NCBI RefSeq assembly: GCF_001194135.2
Contig: NC_068984.1
Span: forward strand, 27,208,045 to 27,271,554
Direction of reading: 5' to 3'
From: Octopus bimaculoides
Taxonomy: Eukaryota
Length of the DNA: 63,510 nt
Shown here piece by piece: positions 13,501 to 25,395 of this stretch; position 1 is the first letter of the stretch, and each line of letters starts with the position of its first letter. Below the pieces are notes generated by a model. That model was given only the letters and a program-made list of their open reading frames with translations. It was not told the origin of the DNA and ran no database searches. Made by a program: the position numbers and the translations under genes.

Positions 13501-14664
13501 ATATATATGAGTGTTTAAGTTTGCTTTAGAAGTATTAGACCCAAAGTTTAGTTCCACTGCATAGCATCTTGGGCTAGTGTCCTGAATAGTGCTTTAGTGC
13601 AACTCACACTTTGTAAGTGAGTTTTGGTTACTGGAAACTATGTAGGATCTGGACTGTATCTGTAATTGAAAGGTCTTCTCACAGTGATTCTACTTGAGAA
13701 TTACATTAAAGGTACATATATATTTGGAATATTCAACCAGATCATCCAGTTGATTGATCAACTGCATGTTCTTCAATGAAAATTAATGAAAGAATCCATC
13801 ATAAATATGTGTGTGTAAACACATATATTCTTTTTTGATTTTGTGCATATATTTATGTTATTTAGCTATGCACAGTGCATTTAACACACATGCACACACA
13901 TATATGTATGTATTTATGTTGAATGTATGGATGAATTATTTGGGGATATAGCTGTTGCGAAGTGAATTCACATCCATTGCTCAAATTTCATTGTATCTTT
14001 ATGCTAGTATATTTTATTTGAAATGTTTCAGTTCCCTAGCTACAGGGAATTGGTAATAGATCAGCTGAGTTATTTTATCTACAACAGACTGTAGGATTTA
14101 TGTTTGATGAAATATTAATTTGTATGTGCAGTTTCTGTTAGGCAGATTGTTATATCTCTTTGATTTAGTTTCTCTTCTGCTACAACAATAATCCCAGATC
14201 ATCAGAACTTGGCTACTTATATTTACCTCTCTGTAACTTCATCACTCATGTTATCTCTCTTTTTCTCTCCCTTTCTCCTTCTCCTTAAATCCCTCATCAT
14301 AAATTAGATACAATTCTTCATTCTAGTGACGTCTACAATGTGGAGTTCCTTCTAATGAAATTTTACTTGTGTAACAATAACCTATAACTTTTCAAGCTTG
14401 CATTGCATTATCAAAATCACTCTTTCTGACTTCCCATGTCTTTGATCAGACAAAACTACTCCAAGCAATAGATGGAACCCTTCTTCCTTTGATATAATAC
14501 AAACAAATATAATGAAGCATGACCCACATTTCACAAAATCATATTAGTTGATATTTATTGTAACTAAATTAAATAAATGCTGAATAACAACTTTGTTCGA
14601 GGTTTATAAAGTGATGAGTGGAGTAAAGCGAATTGATGAAAGAAGTTTATACAGTGATAAGTGG

Positions 14665-14666
<2 letters not shown>

Positions 14667-14733
<67 letters not shown>

Positions 14734-15686
14734 TTAACGTCTGTTGTCCATGCTGGCATGGGTTGTATGGTTTGACTGGGCTGGTACACTGGAAGGCTGC
14801 ACCAGAGTCCAGTTTGATTTGGCATAGTCTTCTATGGCGAGATGCCCTTCCTAATGCCAACCATTCTGAGAGTGTAATGGGTGCTTTTACATGCCACTGG
14901 ATGGATGCCATTTGTGTGACACCAGTATCTGCCACAACTGTAATTTTGCTCAGCTTGATGGATCTTCTCAAGCATGACGTAATGCCAAATGTCTTGGTCA
15001 TTGTCTCCATGTGGCCCAACACTGAAAAGGAACTCAATCACCTTGTCTCAACCTCTGCGAGGTCTGCTCAAAAGGAACTCAACCACTTTGCCTCCATGAG
15101 GTCCAGGAGCTCAGCCACTTTACCTCCATGAGGCCCATCACTCAAAAGGAACTAAACCACCTTGCCTCTGTGAAGCCCAATGCTCAAAAGGAACTCAGCC
15201 ACTTTGCCTCTGTCAGGCCCAATGCTCAAAAGGTACTCAGTCACTTTGCCTCCTTGAGGCCCAGCATTCAAAGGTCGATTATTTTACATGCCATCAGCAT
15301 GGGTGTGCTTAGCTTGACAGTTCCTCTTAAGCAGAGCACATCATCAACTGTCTCAGTCACTAGTCATTGATTCTGTGAGATTCAAAGTTCGAAGGTCATA
15401 CTTCACCACTTTGTCCCATGTCTTCCTGGATCTAACTCTACCACAGGTTCCCTCCACAGTTAGAGATCAGCACTTCTTTACACAGCTATCCTTGTCCATA
15501 TGCATTATTTGACCATACCAGCTCAGTTGTCTCTCTTGCACACCACATCTGATTCCACTTATGCCTAACTTTTCTCTCAAGATGCTTACACTCTGTCGAA
15601 CATGCACACTGATATTGCACATCCAGCGAAGCATACTGGCTTCTTTTCTCCCAAGCCTACCCATGTCCTCATCTGTTATAGCCATG
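14667..15686 (-). mobile_element. 5'-truncated RTE-clade LINE (ORF C-terminus, 3'UTR with ~42-bp tandem array, (ATG)n tail)
   Basis: ORF 15467-15685 EASMLRWMCNISVHVRQSVSILREKLGISGIRCGVQERQLSWYGQIMHMDKDSCVKKC matches the RTE post-RT motif (MLRW...IR...RLRW.GHV.RM); tandem array at about 15020-15265. Confidence 0.9.
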
Positions 15687-15696
15687 TTTCACTGCC

Positions 15697-15781
15697 ATTG
15701 AGGTAAGTAGCTTGCACTCTTAACCACTATGCCAAGATTCCGAGTTCGATTCCAAGCAGTGACCTGAACAATAACAATAAC

Positions 15782-15831
<50 letters not shown>

Positions 15832-15985
15832 TAATAACATCGAAAAATACCTTAGGAATGAGAACCCAGGTTCGAAATTTCCCCAAGACACCTGAAGAAA
15901 GCTGGAGGGTATATCAGCCAAAACGTTGTGTGAACAACAAACAAGATGAGGACAAATATCCGTCGAATGTAAATAATGTAAATAA
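15697..15985 (+). mobile_element. tRNA-headed SINE-like element with (AAT)n spacer and hammerhead-bearing Penelope-like tail
   Basis: B-box GAGTTCGATTCC at 15742-15753; (AAT)n at about 15769-15838; hammerhead-like motif at 15887-15931; ends aatgtaaataatgtaaataa. Confidence 0.65.
15887..15931 (+). ncRNA. Degenerate minimal type I hammerhead ribozyme
   Basis: gACAC CTGAAGA a(a)GCTG-gagggtatat-CAGC c AAAAC GTT GTGT: stem I ACAC/GTGT, intact CUGANGA, 4-bp stem II, GAAA changed to AAAA, ACGT palindrome, GUU cleavage triplet. Confidence 0.6.
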
Positions 15986-16032
15986 AGACCAGATAGTTAT
16001 TCAGAAAAAAGATCTGTAAATATATTTTCATC

Positions 16033-16130
16033 TCAATTAAAAAGCGCCTTTTCGACATAATCATTGAACTTTGCACAGACTGGCTTATTGAACAATCCAT
16101 CAGTTCTGACTAGATAAGAGATAATACCTT
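16033..16130 (-). CDS. Candidate terminal coding exon of an unidentified minus-strand gene
   Basis: Acceptor tttaatcag|; phase-1 frame (E)GIISYLVRTDGLFNKPVCAKFNDYVEKALFN*; retains CpGs; joins in frame to the 23720 donor. Confidence 0.35.
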
Positions 16131-17384
16131 CTGATTAAATCTCAAACTATTTTATCAGTTCTTTCCTGAACTTTACTGAATTGGAGCCAAAATATTTGAC
16201 TTCTTTGCACAACAGATATTTAAGATCATAAAGATCATTAAACAACAGATGCAGAATATAAAATGTTTGATTGATAGATTAAAATCCAGATTCCGCAGAT
16301 GCTAATGCTAGTCTCACTCAGTACCGCTAGTAATCAAATCCAAGAGAGTTTGTACTTGTCAATAAGTTTAGTTGCCATGAGAAAGGGAAATGTGTGATGT
16401 TTCAGAGTAGGGTTTTTCCAAACATTGGAGATTTTTTTCACTCCTCAAAAAAACTGACTTATTGACACTTAAAAATTTTTTTGGATTCTGTTGATTGATG
16501 TTGGTGCATGAAGTTCAATAAACTACTTCCAAATATAAGGGAACAAACGAACATTATATCTATGAATAGATGTTTGTCTCATCTTTTTAAAGCTCAGTAA
16601 CTAAATGCAAATGGCAATTCAGTAGACCACAGATATATGTATAGATACAAGCATATCTCTTCATATTTCAAAAGATGCACGTTCAGCCAACATACATCAG
16701 ATACATTCAAAAAAGCTAATATCATTTTTAAGATGAAAAAGAATGGTCTCTTTGATTGAAAATACTCAACACAACTAGATGAAGGCATAAATAACACACT
16801 TCACTCTTAATACTTGTAAGCAACTCTTACAGATCATGTACTGCAAAAGAAACTAAAATGTCTAGCTTTTTATATACCTTCAGTATGCATGTGTATAGAT
16901 ACACAATTTAACATGTGAAAACCATGAACCATAACTCGTAAGTTTGTACAATTTTTTACTCGACAATACCTATATACTAGAAGTGAGAAAAAGAATTCGG
17001 ATGGATAAAATAGTTAAAATTGTAATTCACAAAAATACAAAAATCTCCCTGTTTTTGGTGATTTGTTGCAACACTTTTATGCTTTTTTTTAGTAAGACCT
17101 TATGCAATTTTTAAGTGCTCAAAATTATTATTGTATTGGAAAATATATATCCAAATACAAAAGTTCAAGATAAAACAAGAAGAAATAAATTTACGGAAGA
17201 GAAAGTAGAAAAAACAGATTCCCCAAAATACAAGCAAAATATATAACAACGAAAAAGAGTTTTTACAGGAAACCTTAACTGATTTTTATTTTACCAGTTT
17301 TGCAAATTTGCTAATCACAGAATTCTAGAAATATCATATATCTTATTAACTATCCTTGTGACTTGTCTGATGGTGGTTGGGTAG

Positions 17385-17585
17385 TTTATATATATATATA
17401 TGGTGGTTGTCTACTCCTTAAACAGAGTTTGACCACCTCCTGCACCTACACCTTAGCCCTTTCATGGCGTCTGACGTGGCTTTTTAAACCAGACAGTGTT
17501 TTGAAAAAACACCCACACAGATTGCACCTCTGATTTGCACTACCAATACCTGCAAGTAAGTTCTGCTCATTGTGGATCCTAACAT
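17385..17585 (-). mobile_element. RTE-like LINE 3' end with C-terminal C2H2-like finger and (TA)n tail
   Basis: Minus frame GIGSANQRCNLCGCFFKTLSGLKSHVRRHERAKV*, then a short UTR and (TA)n. Confidence 0.65.
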
Positions 17586-18498
17586 GTCTTTTTTTTTTTA
17601 TTTTCTTTATTCTCTATTGAGAAATAAGATTTCAAAATGGTAAACTTCTCACACTTCACAGCATATATATATATATTTATTTATTTATTTATTTTTTAAA
17701 GATTACTCCATTTATATTTTCATATTTCTTACAACCTGTTTCTTCTCATCCAGCAAATGAACTATAATTTTTTCTTTCAATACATCTGTCTAAATTTACG
17801 AACTACATGATAGAATGACCTGCTTTTTCTCATCTACCAAAAGAGCAGTAATTGTATTGCTAGTATAGTTTAGTAGATAAAAACTTCTTATGTAATAAAT
17901 TGCTAGTAAATTATCAGCATACTTATTTCAACTATATAACAGAATTTCCTAATGACAGTATATAAACCCATAATAGCAGGACTGTAGACTTGGTGATTGA
18001 TAAAATAGAGATACGCTACTGGCTATCCAACATTGGTTTCAATTACAATCATAATTTAATTACCTTTCACTGCCAATATTCTTAAAAACAGGCATGAGTG
18101 TCCCATACCTCTGAAGTCAATCACTCAATGATATATTGCACTATTATGAAACTGAAAATACATGCATTTAATAATGTTTGACTGTTTTTATTACAATTAT
18201 GTGAGGAATTTATAAAGAGTTTTAGTTTATGGAAGATCAGATTTTTAAGAACAGGACTATGCAGCTTAAATTATCTACTCTCTGGTCCAGCACTTTACCA
18301 GAACAGGACCAGTCTCTGATTTTTGTGGGTTCAAAGTTTGTTACGGTTAATATGAACCATTTTTTAACTTCTCCCCAGCTGATAGAATAAGATTATGTAG
18401 TATATTGATGGAGAAATTCACTCAAGTAAATCTACCAACTTTGAATTCTGGCTGATTGAAATATTTCATCAGCAGTTTCTGTTGTAAGTATTTACATT

Positions 18499-18519
18499 AT
18501 GTGTGTGTATGTGTGTGTG

Positions 18520-18612
<93 letters not shown>
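18499..18612. repeat. (TG)n microsatellite
   Basis: Direct inspection. Confidence 0.98.
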
Positions 18613-19964
18613 ATCTGTGCATGATAGATATGTCTCAGTCGTATCTATCTATTTTGTAGTATGAATATACTGGAAATTTATTCCTGCAGTGTTTTCCATG
18701 TAGGGATGAAACATATAGAGGATTCGGGTTTATTAGTGATCTTTAAAGATCACTAATAAAACAAAGGAGTTGAAATAAAGTGAAAGATTTATACTTTATT
18801 GCAACCTTCTCTTCTTATATGATAGAATATTTCTAACTCATATGAATACATGTTTAAATATTGCAGCAATAATTTGGATAATAAAACAAATTGCATCTTC
18901 TCATACATCACAGCATAATTATGACAACGCATGAAAGTGTAATTGAGTAGAATGCCAGCTAATGATCACATGATATACATTAACAGCTCAAGCTTTAATT
19001 CTATTGAGTTAACAGAACTAATCACGTATTAACAGACAACACTGATTGCGTAATGCCAAGCAATTGGCACTGTTAGTTGTACTAGCATGAGATATATAAT
19101 CTATTGATTGTTTATATATTTACAAAGCTATAAAGATTTAAGGAAGAGATATAGTCACTTGAACCAACCTCACAGGAATAGTAAAACATTAAGTCAATCC
19201 ACACAGAATACAGAAGACAGAATAAAGTCTGGAGTCTGAGGAAAATAAAGAGGGTCTCATTTAGTAAAAGTTAATCTGGGAGACAGTCTGCTGAAATGTT
19301 GTAAAGTCTGATTGCTGTGAAGAACAGAAAGAATGATGCTTTCAGCTCTGCCAGTAACACCGTCATCTTTCTTTATTCTCTATTGAGAAATAAGATTTCA
19401 AAATGGTAAACTTCTCACACTTCACAGCAATTAAAATTACAGACATTCTGTGAACTTATAGTAGAATTAAATAGGTCAAGACATTTAGTCCTGTGGTCTA
19501 CCATTTATGCCATATCACTGCTACTGAACTAAGTGCAATATTGATTTGTTGATTGATTGATTGGTTGCTATCGCGGTATTTAAATTAATTCTTCATTTAG
19601 TAAACATCGCTTTTTATCATACTGACACTAACCATCACACATGGAATATTTTAAATGCATTTTTACTAGATCAGGGATGCATTAAAACACATGGCTGTGT
19701 AATTGAAAAGATGCACACATATGCACACATACACACACACACACACACACACAAGCACTTAGAGCAACATGCCCATTTCCTCATACACTAACATACATAC
19801 CTACTTACACAGAGAGACAGATATGATCAAACACACTACCATATTCACTCATTGTGGTACAGTTCACTAAGTCCAATGTAGATTATCTAAAGCACAAAAT
19901 AAACTTTAACCAAAAGGTTGACCTTGATTTAAGGCAATTAGCTGTTTTCTGGGGTAAAACAGTG

Positions 19965-20100
19965 AGTATAGTTATGCGGTCAAGAAGCTTGCTTCTCAAA
20001 CGTAATGATCCGGGTTCAATCTTATAGTATGAGATCTTGAGCAAAGGTCTTCTACAATAGTCTCATGTTGGCTAATATCTTGTGCATATGGGTACGCATG
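19965..20100 (+). mobile_element. SINE family A, 5' head fragment
   Basis: gcggtcaagaagcttgcttctc...ccgggttcaatc...tcttgagcaaaggtcttctacaatag. Confidence 0.7.
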
Positions 20101-20134
20101 TGTGTATATCTATCTATCTATATATATATATATA

Positions 20135-20352
20135 CATGTATCATCATCATCATCATCATCATCATCATTTGACATCCCTTTTCCATGCTGGCATGAGTTG
20201 GACAGTTTGACAGAATTTGATCAGCTGCAGAACTGTGTTGAGCTCCAATTCAGCTTTAAAATGATTTCTACAGCTGGATGTCTTTCATAATGCCAACCAC
20301 TTTGCAATGTGTACTAGGTGCATTTTTCATGCCACTGGCACTAATGAGGTCA
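20135..20352 (-). mobile_element. RTE LINE 3' tail copy
   Basis: (CAT)n followed by ttttccatgctggcatgagttgg...tttctacagctggatg...aatgccaaccac. Confidence 0.75.
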
Positions 20353-20356
20353 CCAA

Positions 20357-20463
<107 letters not shown>

Positions 20464-20842
20464 CATATGGCATTGTCTTCATCACCATCATCACCATCAA
20501 AACCACCACTTCCATGATGACAATGACGACGATGCTGACCATCATCATCATCATCATCGTTGTCGTCATTATTGCTTTTATGTCCACTTTACCATGTTTG
20601 CATGGGTCAGATAGAATTTATTGAGGCAGGTTTTATATAGTCAGATGCCCCTCCTGTCACACTCCGCATCTGACCTATTTCCGAGTAAGGTAATGTTTCA
20701 CCATCTTCAGGGAGGTTTTCCATGAAGAACTGGAAATCAACAATGTTGTATGTATGATGGTGGCACTTGTTTACAACCGTCACATGATATCAAGACAAAG
20801 GAATACACATATACACACATACATACAAATACATATCAACAT

Positions 20843-21205
20843 ACATGCATTCATTGGAGCCCTGGGATATGTAACATACTGCCTAAGTACCAATCTTGAG
20901 AAATTAGGCTTCTCAAAGCCAGAAAGGAGAAAGCTAATTCAAAGACTAAATATCCAATCCATCACTGGAACAGTAAAAATCTGTAAAACTTTCCAGAAGT
21001 TTATCATTTAAATATATATGAGCATGTGTAAATATGCAACTATATGCATGAAAATACACACATAAAGCAGAACATACAAATCTGCACACATACATACACA
21101 AATACCCTGTTGGTGTTGAGATTCCAATGAAGGAACCTTGGATCTAGGTTAGAAACCAGCTCTTTCTCTATTGGCAAGAAATCTTGAAATAAAACTGAAC
21201 AATGC
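20843..21205 (+). mobile_element. R4/Dong-like (restriction-like endonuclease) non-LTR element, 3' end
   Basis: IGALGYVTYCLSTNLEKLGFSKPERRKLIQRLNIQSITGTVKICKTFQKFII* resembles the REL-domain C-terminus (P..vGALG...L..LG...IQ...GT..I...F); flanked by simple repeats. Confidence 0.65.
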
Positions 21206-21299
21206 CATACACATATACATACATTTCATCATCATCATCATCAACATTTAACATCCACTTTCCATGCTGGCTTGTGTTGGACTATTTTATATATATTTT

Positions 21300-21665
21300 T
21301 TATTCTTTTATTTGTTTTGGTCGTTTGACTTTGACCACACTGCAGTACTGCCTTGAAGGGTTTCAGTCAAACAAATCGATCCCAGGACTTATTTTTAAAG
21401 CCTAGTACTTATTCTATGAGTTTCTATTGCCGAACTATTAAATTATAGGGATGTAAACATACCAACACCTGTTATCAAGCAGTGATGGTGGGGACAAACA
21501 CTGACACAAAGACACACACACACCTAGACACTTATATGCACACATGCACATACACACACACACATATATACGACTGCTTTCAGTTTCCATTTACCAAATC
21601 CAGTCACAAGGCGTTGGCCAGTCTGAGGCTATAGTAGAAGACACTNNNNNNNNNNCAGCCACCCC
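21300..21665 (-). mobile_element. SINE family A (contains 10-N gap at 21646-21655)
   Basis: caaatcgatcccaggacttatt...agcctagtacttattct...ctgctttcagtttccatttaccaaatcc...gaggctatagtagaagacact. Confidence 0.85.
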
Positions 21666-21878
21666 TGCGCCTATATATATATATAAATTCAATAATAGGA
21701 CGAATTCTTTTACAAGAATTTATCAAGTAGCTAGCGTTAAAAAAACCTCATAAGGGAAAAAATCCATCATTTATTCTCGAAATATATATTTATATTTATA
21801 TAAGGGCATTACTATATAATAACGCCTCACACCATGAGGGACTCTAAGGTCAGACTACTATAAAAACAAACCTACATT

Positions 21879-22580
21879 CAGTATCTCACAGAAGTATGTG
21901 CACCCCTAAAAAATTTCAGTAAAATTGCCATTATTCTGATAATATTGAAAGAAATCAAATGAAATTTATACTGAATAAAATACATTATATGTGCAAACAT
22001 TATACACATTTGAAACACAAAACAATTTCAAAGATATGAACGAAATATTAATTTTCAAATGTTACAAAAATATGTACTTCCTAAAAGAAATTTGCTATAT
22101 TCAATATTTTCTTTTTTTACTAAATTGAAATATTGCTGATAATTTCAATTCTTATAAATTATTTCTCCTGACATTTTTGCACCAGTCATTGTCATTGCAT
22201 CTGCTGGAATTCTGATTTGTGTACCGTGGTGAAAATCTTCTTCATTGTGATTAAAATGGCACCAAAAAGAAAAGAATTGTCTGAAGATTGAAGAAAATTA
22301 TTTTTAGTTTGCACAAGAATAGCTTAGGTTACAAGTTAATTAGCAAACAAATACATATTAGTGTAAAGACAATTGCCAAAGTAATTCAGAAGTACAAAGA
22401 TACTAGACACCTAAACAGTAAACATGATCCAGGTTGTCCTTCTGTTTTAAGTGTGCATGATATTCACCACATCCAACGTTGCATGATGGATGGCAAGCAT
22501 CGTACCACTTCATCTTTGGCCCAAGAAGTGTGTTCTTTTAGGGGAGAGAAAGTATCCACCCAAACTGTTCACATAAGTTT
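21879..22580 (+). mobile_element. Tc1-family DNA transposon relic (left TIR plus N-terminal HTH of transposase)
   Basis: Starts CAGTATCTCACAGAAGTATGTGCACCCCT; ATG at 22256 gives MAPKRKELSED / KKIIFSLHKNSLGYKLISKQIHISVKTIAKVIQKYK...PGCPSVLS...TTSSLAQEV...KVSTQTV with a frameshift; DDE domain and right TIR absent. Confidence 0.9.
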
Positions 22581-23719
22581 TTCCCCATTGAGATATGCAA
22601 TATAATGCCTGCAGATGCTTGCATAATAAAAACTAGCAATCTAATATAATATCAACTCAGAAACTTCATTAACATTTTGCGCAACTGTTCTTAGGTACCT
22701 TTAGTGGAGTTCACTTTGTTCTAAGAGTTCATGCTAGGCGTCTGGTCTAAGGGTTATTTTCTTCTTTCCTTCTGCTTGACTTATTTCCTTCATTCCTCTC
22801 ACCAATAGATAAAAAAATGTAACATGCATTGCATAGAGAGCAGACTTCAAATCTTGCTACAGTCAAAATAATATATTTGCCTAAACTCAGTAAATTATTG
22901 GTTGCATTCTGGAATGTGATGTCAGAGGTAAAACAATATCTGTCTGCACAGAAGTAAAATGTAAAAGAATAAAATGGTCAAAATTTGAAAGTCTGTTCAT
23001 TCTCTTTGTAAAGTACTTATTTATAGTTTCTTTCAGACATTGGGCAAAACTATATCTGTCATATGGATAGTCATATTGTCATAGGAAATTATGTTATTTG
23101 AGAGATTAATTTGGCTGTCAAAATACTGAATAAACACCTTGGCCACTAAAAACAAAATTCTTTAGAAACGGTCATTTTATTGACAACTGCCAAAGCATTA
23201 TCAAAATATGTTAATGGGCGTGTGTGTATGTGTGTGTGTGTGGAGTGGGGTATGACAGAAATTAAACCTAGGATGATTCTCATGATGTTGATGATGGCGA
23301 TGGTTGGTGATGAGGACAATGATGATGATAATGATGATGGCAAACAAAAACCTAAATAGCTTTTATTGACATTAGGATTTGAATTTTAAAATGTTTTTCG
23401 ATAAGATTATTCATTGTAAAAGAAAAACAAGGCAAAAAAAAACATAGCAAAATAAACGGATTTGTTGAGAAAAAAAAATATCTGTAGATGTTGGTAGAAT
23501 TCTATTATGGTTTCTTAAGTTCCATATGATAAACAAATGATGTGGTCATCTATCTACATAAAAATTAAAGAGGCAATAGATTTAGTTACTAAGCTGCCAA
23601 ACCAAGGCAATTCAGTCTAGATCAACAACTGTAGGTAGGAGAAAACTACAAATTTAATTCCAAAGATACTTCATTTAAAGACATACTAATACAGATGTAG
23701 CCACAAAGCACTTTCTTAC

Positions 23720-23838
23720 CTCTCAGATATAGTTTATAATCATGTCTTTGCTTTACTGGGTAATGTTCTTCAAAGACAAAAGTGGCAATGACATTAAGAT
23801 CACTTTTACTAGCCAGTGCAACTTGAGAACTCAAATAC
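23720..23838 (-). CDS. Candidate internal exon of the unidentified minus-strand gene
   Basis: Strong donor GAG|GTAAGA; frame (R)YLSSQVALASKSDLNVIATFVFEEHYPVKQRHDYKLYLR, phase 2 to 1; acceptor weak. Confidence 0.35.
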
Positions 23839-24174
23839 CTTTGTAATGAACCATATCATGGCATTATACTTTAATATAATCAGGTGAGGACTGGTTTACT
23901 TCAAAGAATTCACTGAAAACAGATAATCTTTAACATATAGATCAATTGATAGTTGATACCAATTTTTCTTTATAGCTATTTGTCATGAAACTATAAGAGA
24001 TATGATGTAAATATATTTGCCAAGTATTCTTTATATTTGGCAGTTTTCTCTTCCATTACACATGGGGCTATTATGTATAAACGCATATAATGATTTACAT
24101 ACATGCATGCATGTATGCATGCATACATACATACATACATATACATACATACATACATACATACATGGCAGACT

Positions 24175-24560
24175 ATCCTGTCAAAGACAATGTATGGCTG
24201 GTCAGCGAGAAGACAGAAAAAGAAATCCAGCTAAATGGACGATCAACATCACACTTGCATTACTATTACTACCATTCAGCAATATTTACAATTCATTCAC
24301 TTCACCTGGTGACTCCTCTTGTGAGTCCTCTGGTCACCAAAAGCAATATGGATATGAGCATGAGTATGACTTATTAAACCAGCATGTGATCTAGCTGAGA
24401 AACCACAATGTGGACAATGGTGATTTGTGGGGAGACTGTTGTTCTGTTTATCTTCTTGTTTTATCATAACTGCTTTTGATGTTGTACCGTTTGACTTTTG
24501 AAATTTTAAAACTAGAAAAAGTACCCCCTCTTCCAGTCTGCATGATCTCTTGCAAGATCC
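24175..24560 (-). mobile_element. RTE LINE 3' end with C-terminal zinc finger
   Basis: Minus frames ARDHADWKRG ... HCPHCGFSARSHAGLISHTHAH, like RTE/BovB-type C-termini (A.DR..WR ... CP.CGR.FR..IGL.SH); adjoins a (TACA)n tract. Confidence 0.75.
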
Positions 24561-24707
24561 TCAAAGATTTTTTTTTTTACTAATACTCAGGTATTTCAAA
24601 TTATCTTTTAATTTGTCCATATATCATTGAAGTGGCCGGTCTACATTATATTGTGAATTTACACACTATTCATACAAAGGATGTAACCACACCTTTGCAT
24701 CTCAAAC

Positions 24708-24742
<35 letters not shown>

Positions 24743-25044
24743 CAGGCACACACACGCATACACACACACACATACACATGTATATATGTAAGTATGGATG
24801 TATAGTATTTATGTACATATCCTGTGATTAATGTTCAGTATATGTGTGTGTGTGTGTGCAAGTATATTTTACATTGAGAAATACATTTTTGGGGCTTATT
24901 ATTATGAATTTCTTAATAGGAGTAGTTTTTATCTGAAGACAAAACTCAGAGTAGTAAGTATACTCAGCTCAACTTCAAATACAAGTATATGCTAAATATT
25001 TTGAACCCTGATATTTCATACATGGTAATGAAGTTGCTTGATCC

Positions 25045-25265
25045 AGTGGCAAAAGTTTTAGGCTCATAATTGTAAGGTTGTGGGTTTGATTCATGTTGCT
25101 ACAGTCTACCCAGCTGAAGAAGAGTACCAGGTGACTTCTGGTGCAGTACTTTTACTATCCAGCTGTTACATCTTTGATGTTCCCTGGCTCAAGAGACGGA
25201 TGGATGAGATGGTGTTTGTCTGCTTGTGACTACATAAAAACCTAAAACAACTAGCAAATGTGTTA
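25045..25265 (+). mobile_element. SINE family C fragment (Nin/Deu-like core)
   Basis: tRNA-like head ending gggtttgattc, then gtctacccagctgaagaagagtacc resembling the conserved SINE core motif ccacccagctgtaaatgggtacc. Confidence 0.5.
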
Positions 25266-25354
25266 CAAATTTACTATGTTATACCCACTTGCAGCTAATA
25301 GTTAAGTTCACACTCATGTTCATACAAAAATGTCAAACTGTCAAATAACTGTAC

Positions 25355-25395
<41 letters not shown>

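Noticed and set aside
21120-21170. Hammerhead-like hairpin in the R4/Dong-like 3'UTR (aTGAAGG AACCT...AGGTT AGAAAC)
   Set aside because: Two mismatches in CUGANGA, no UH triplet and no stem I.
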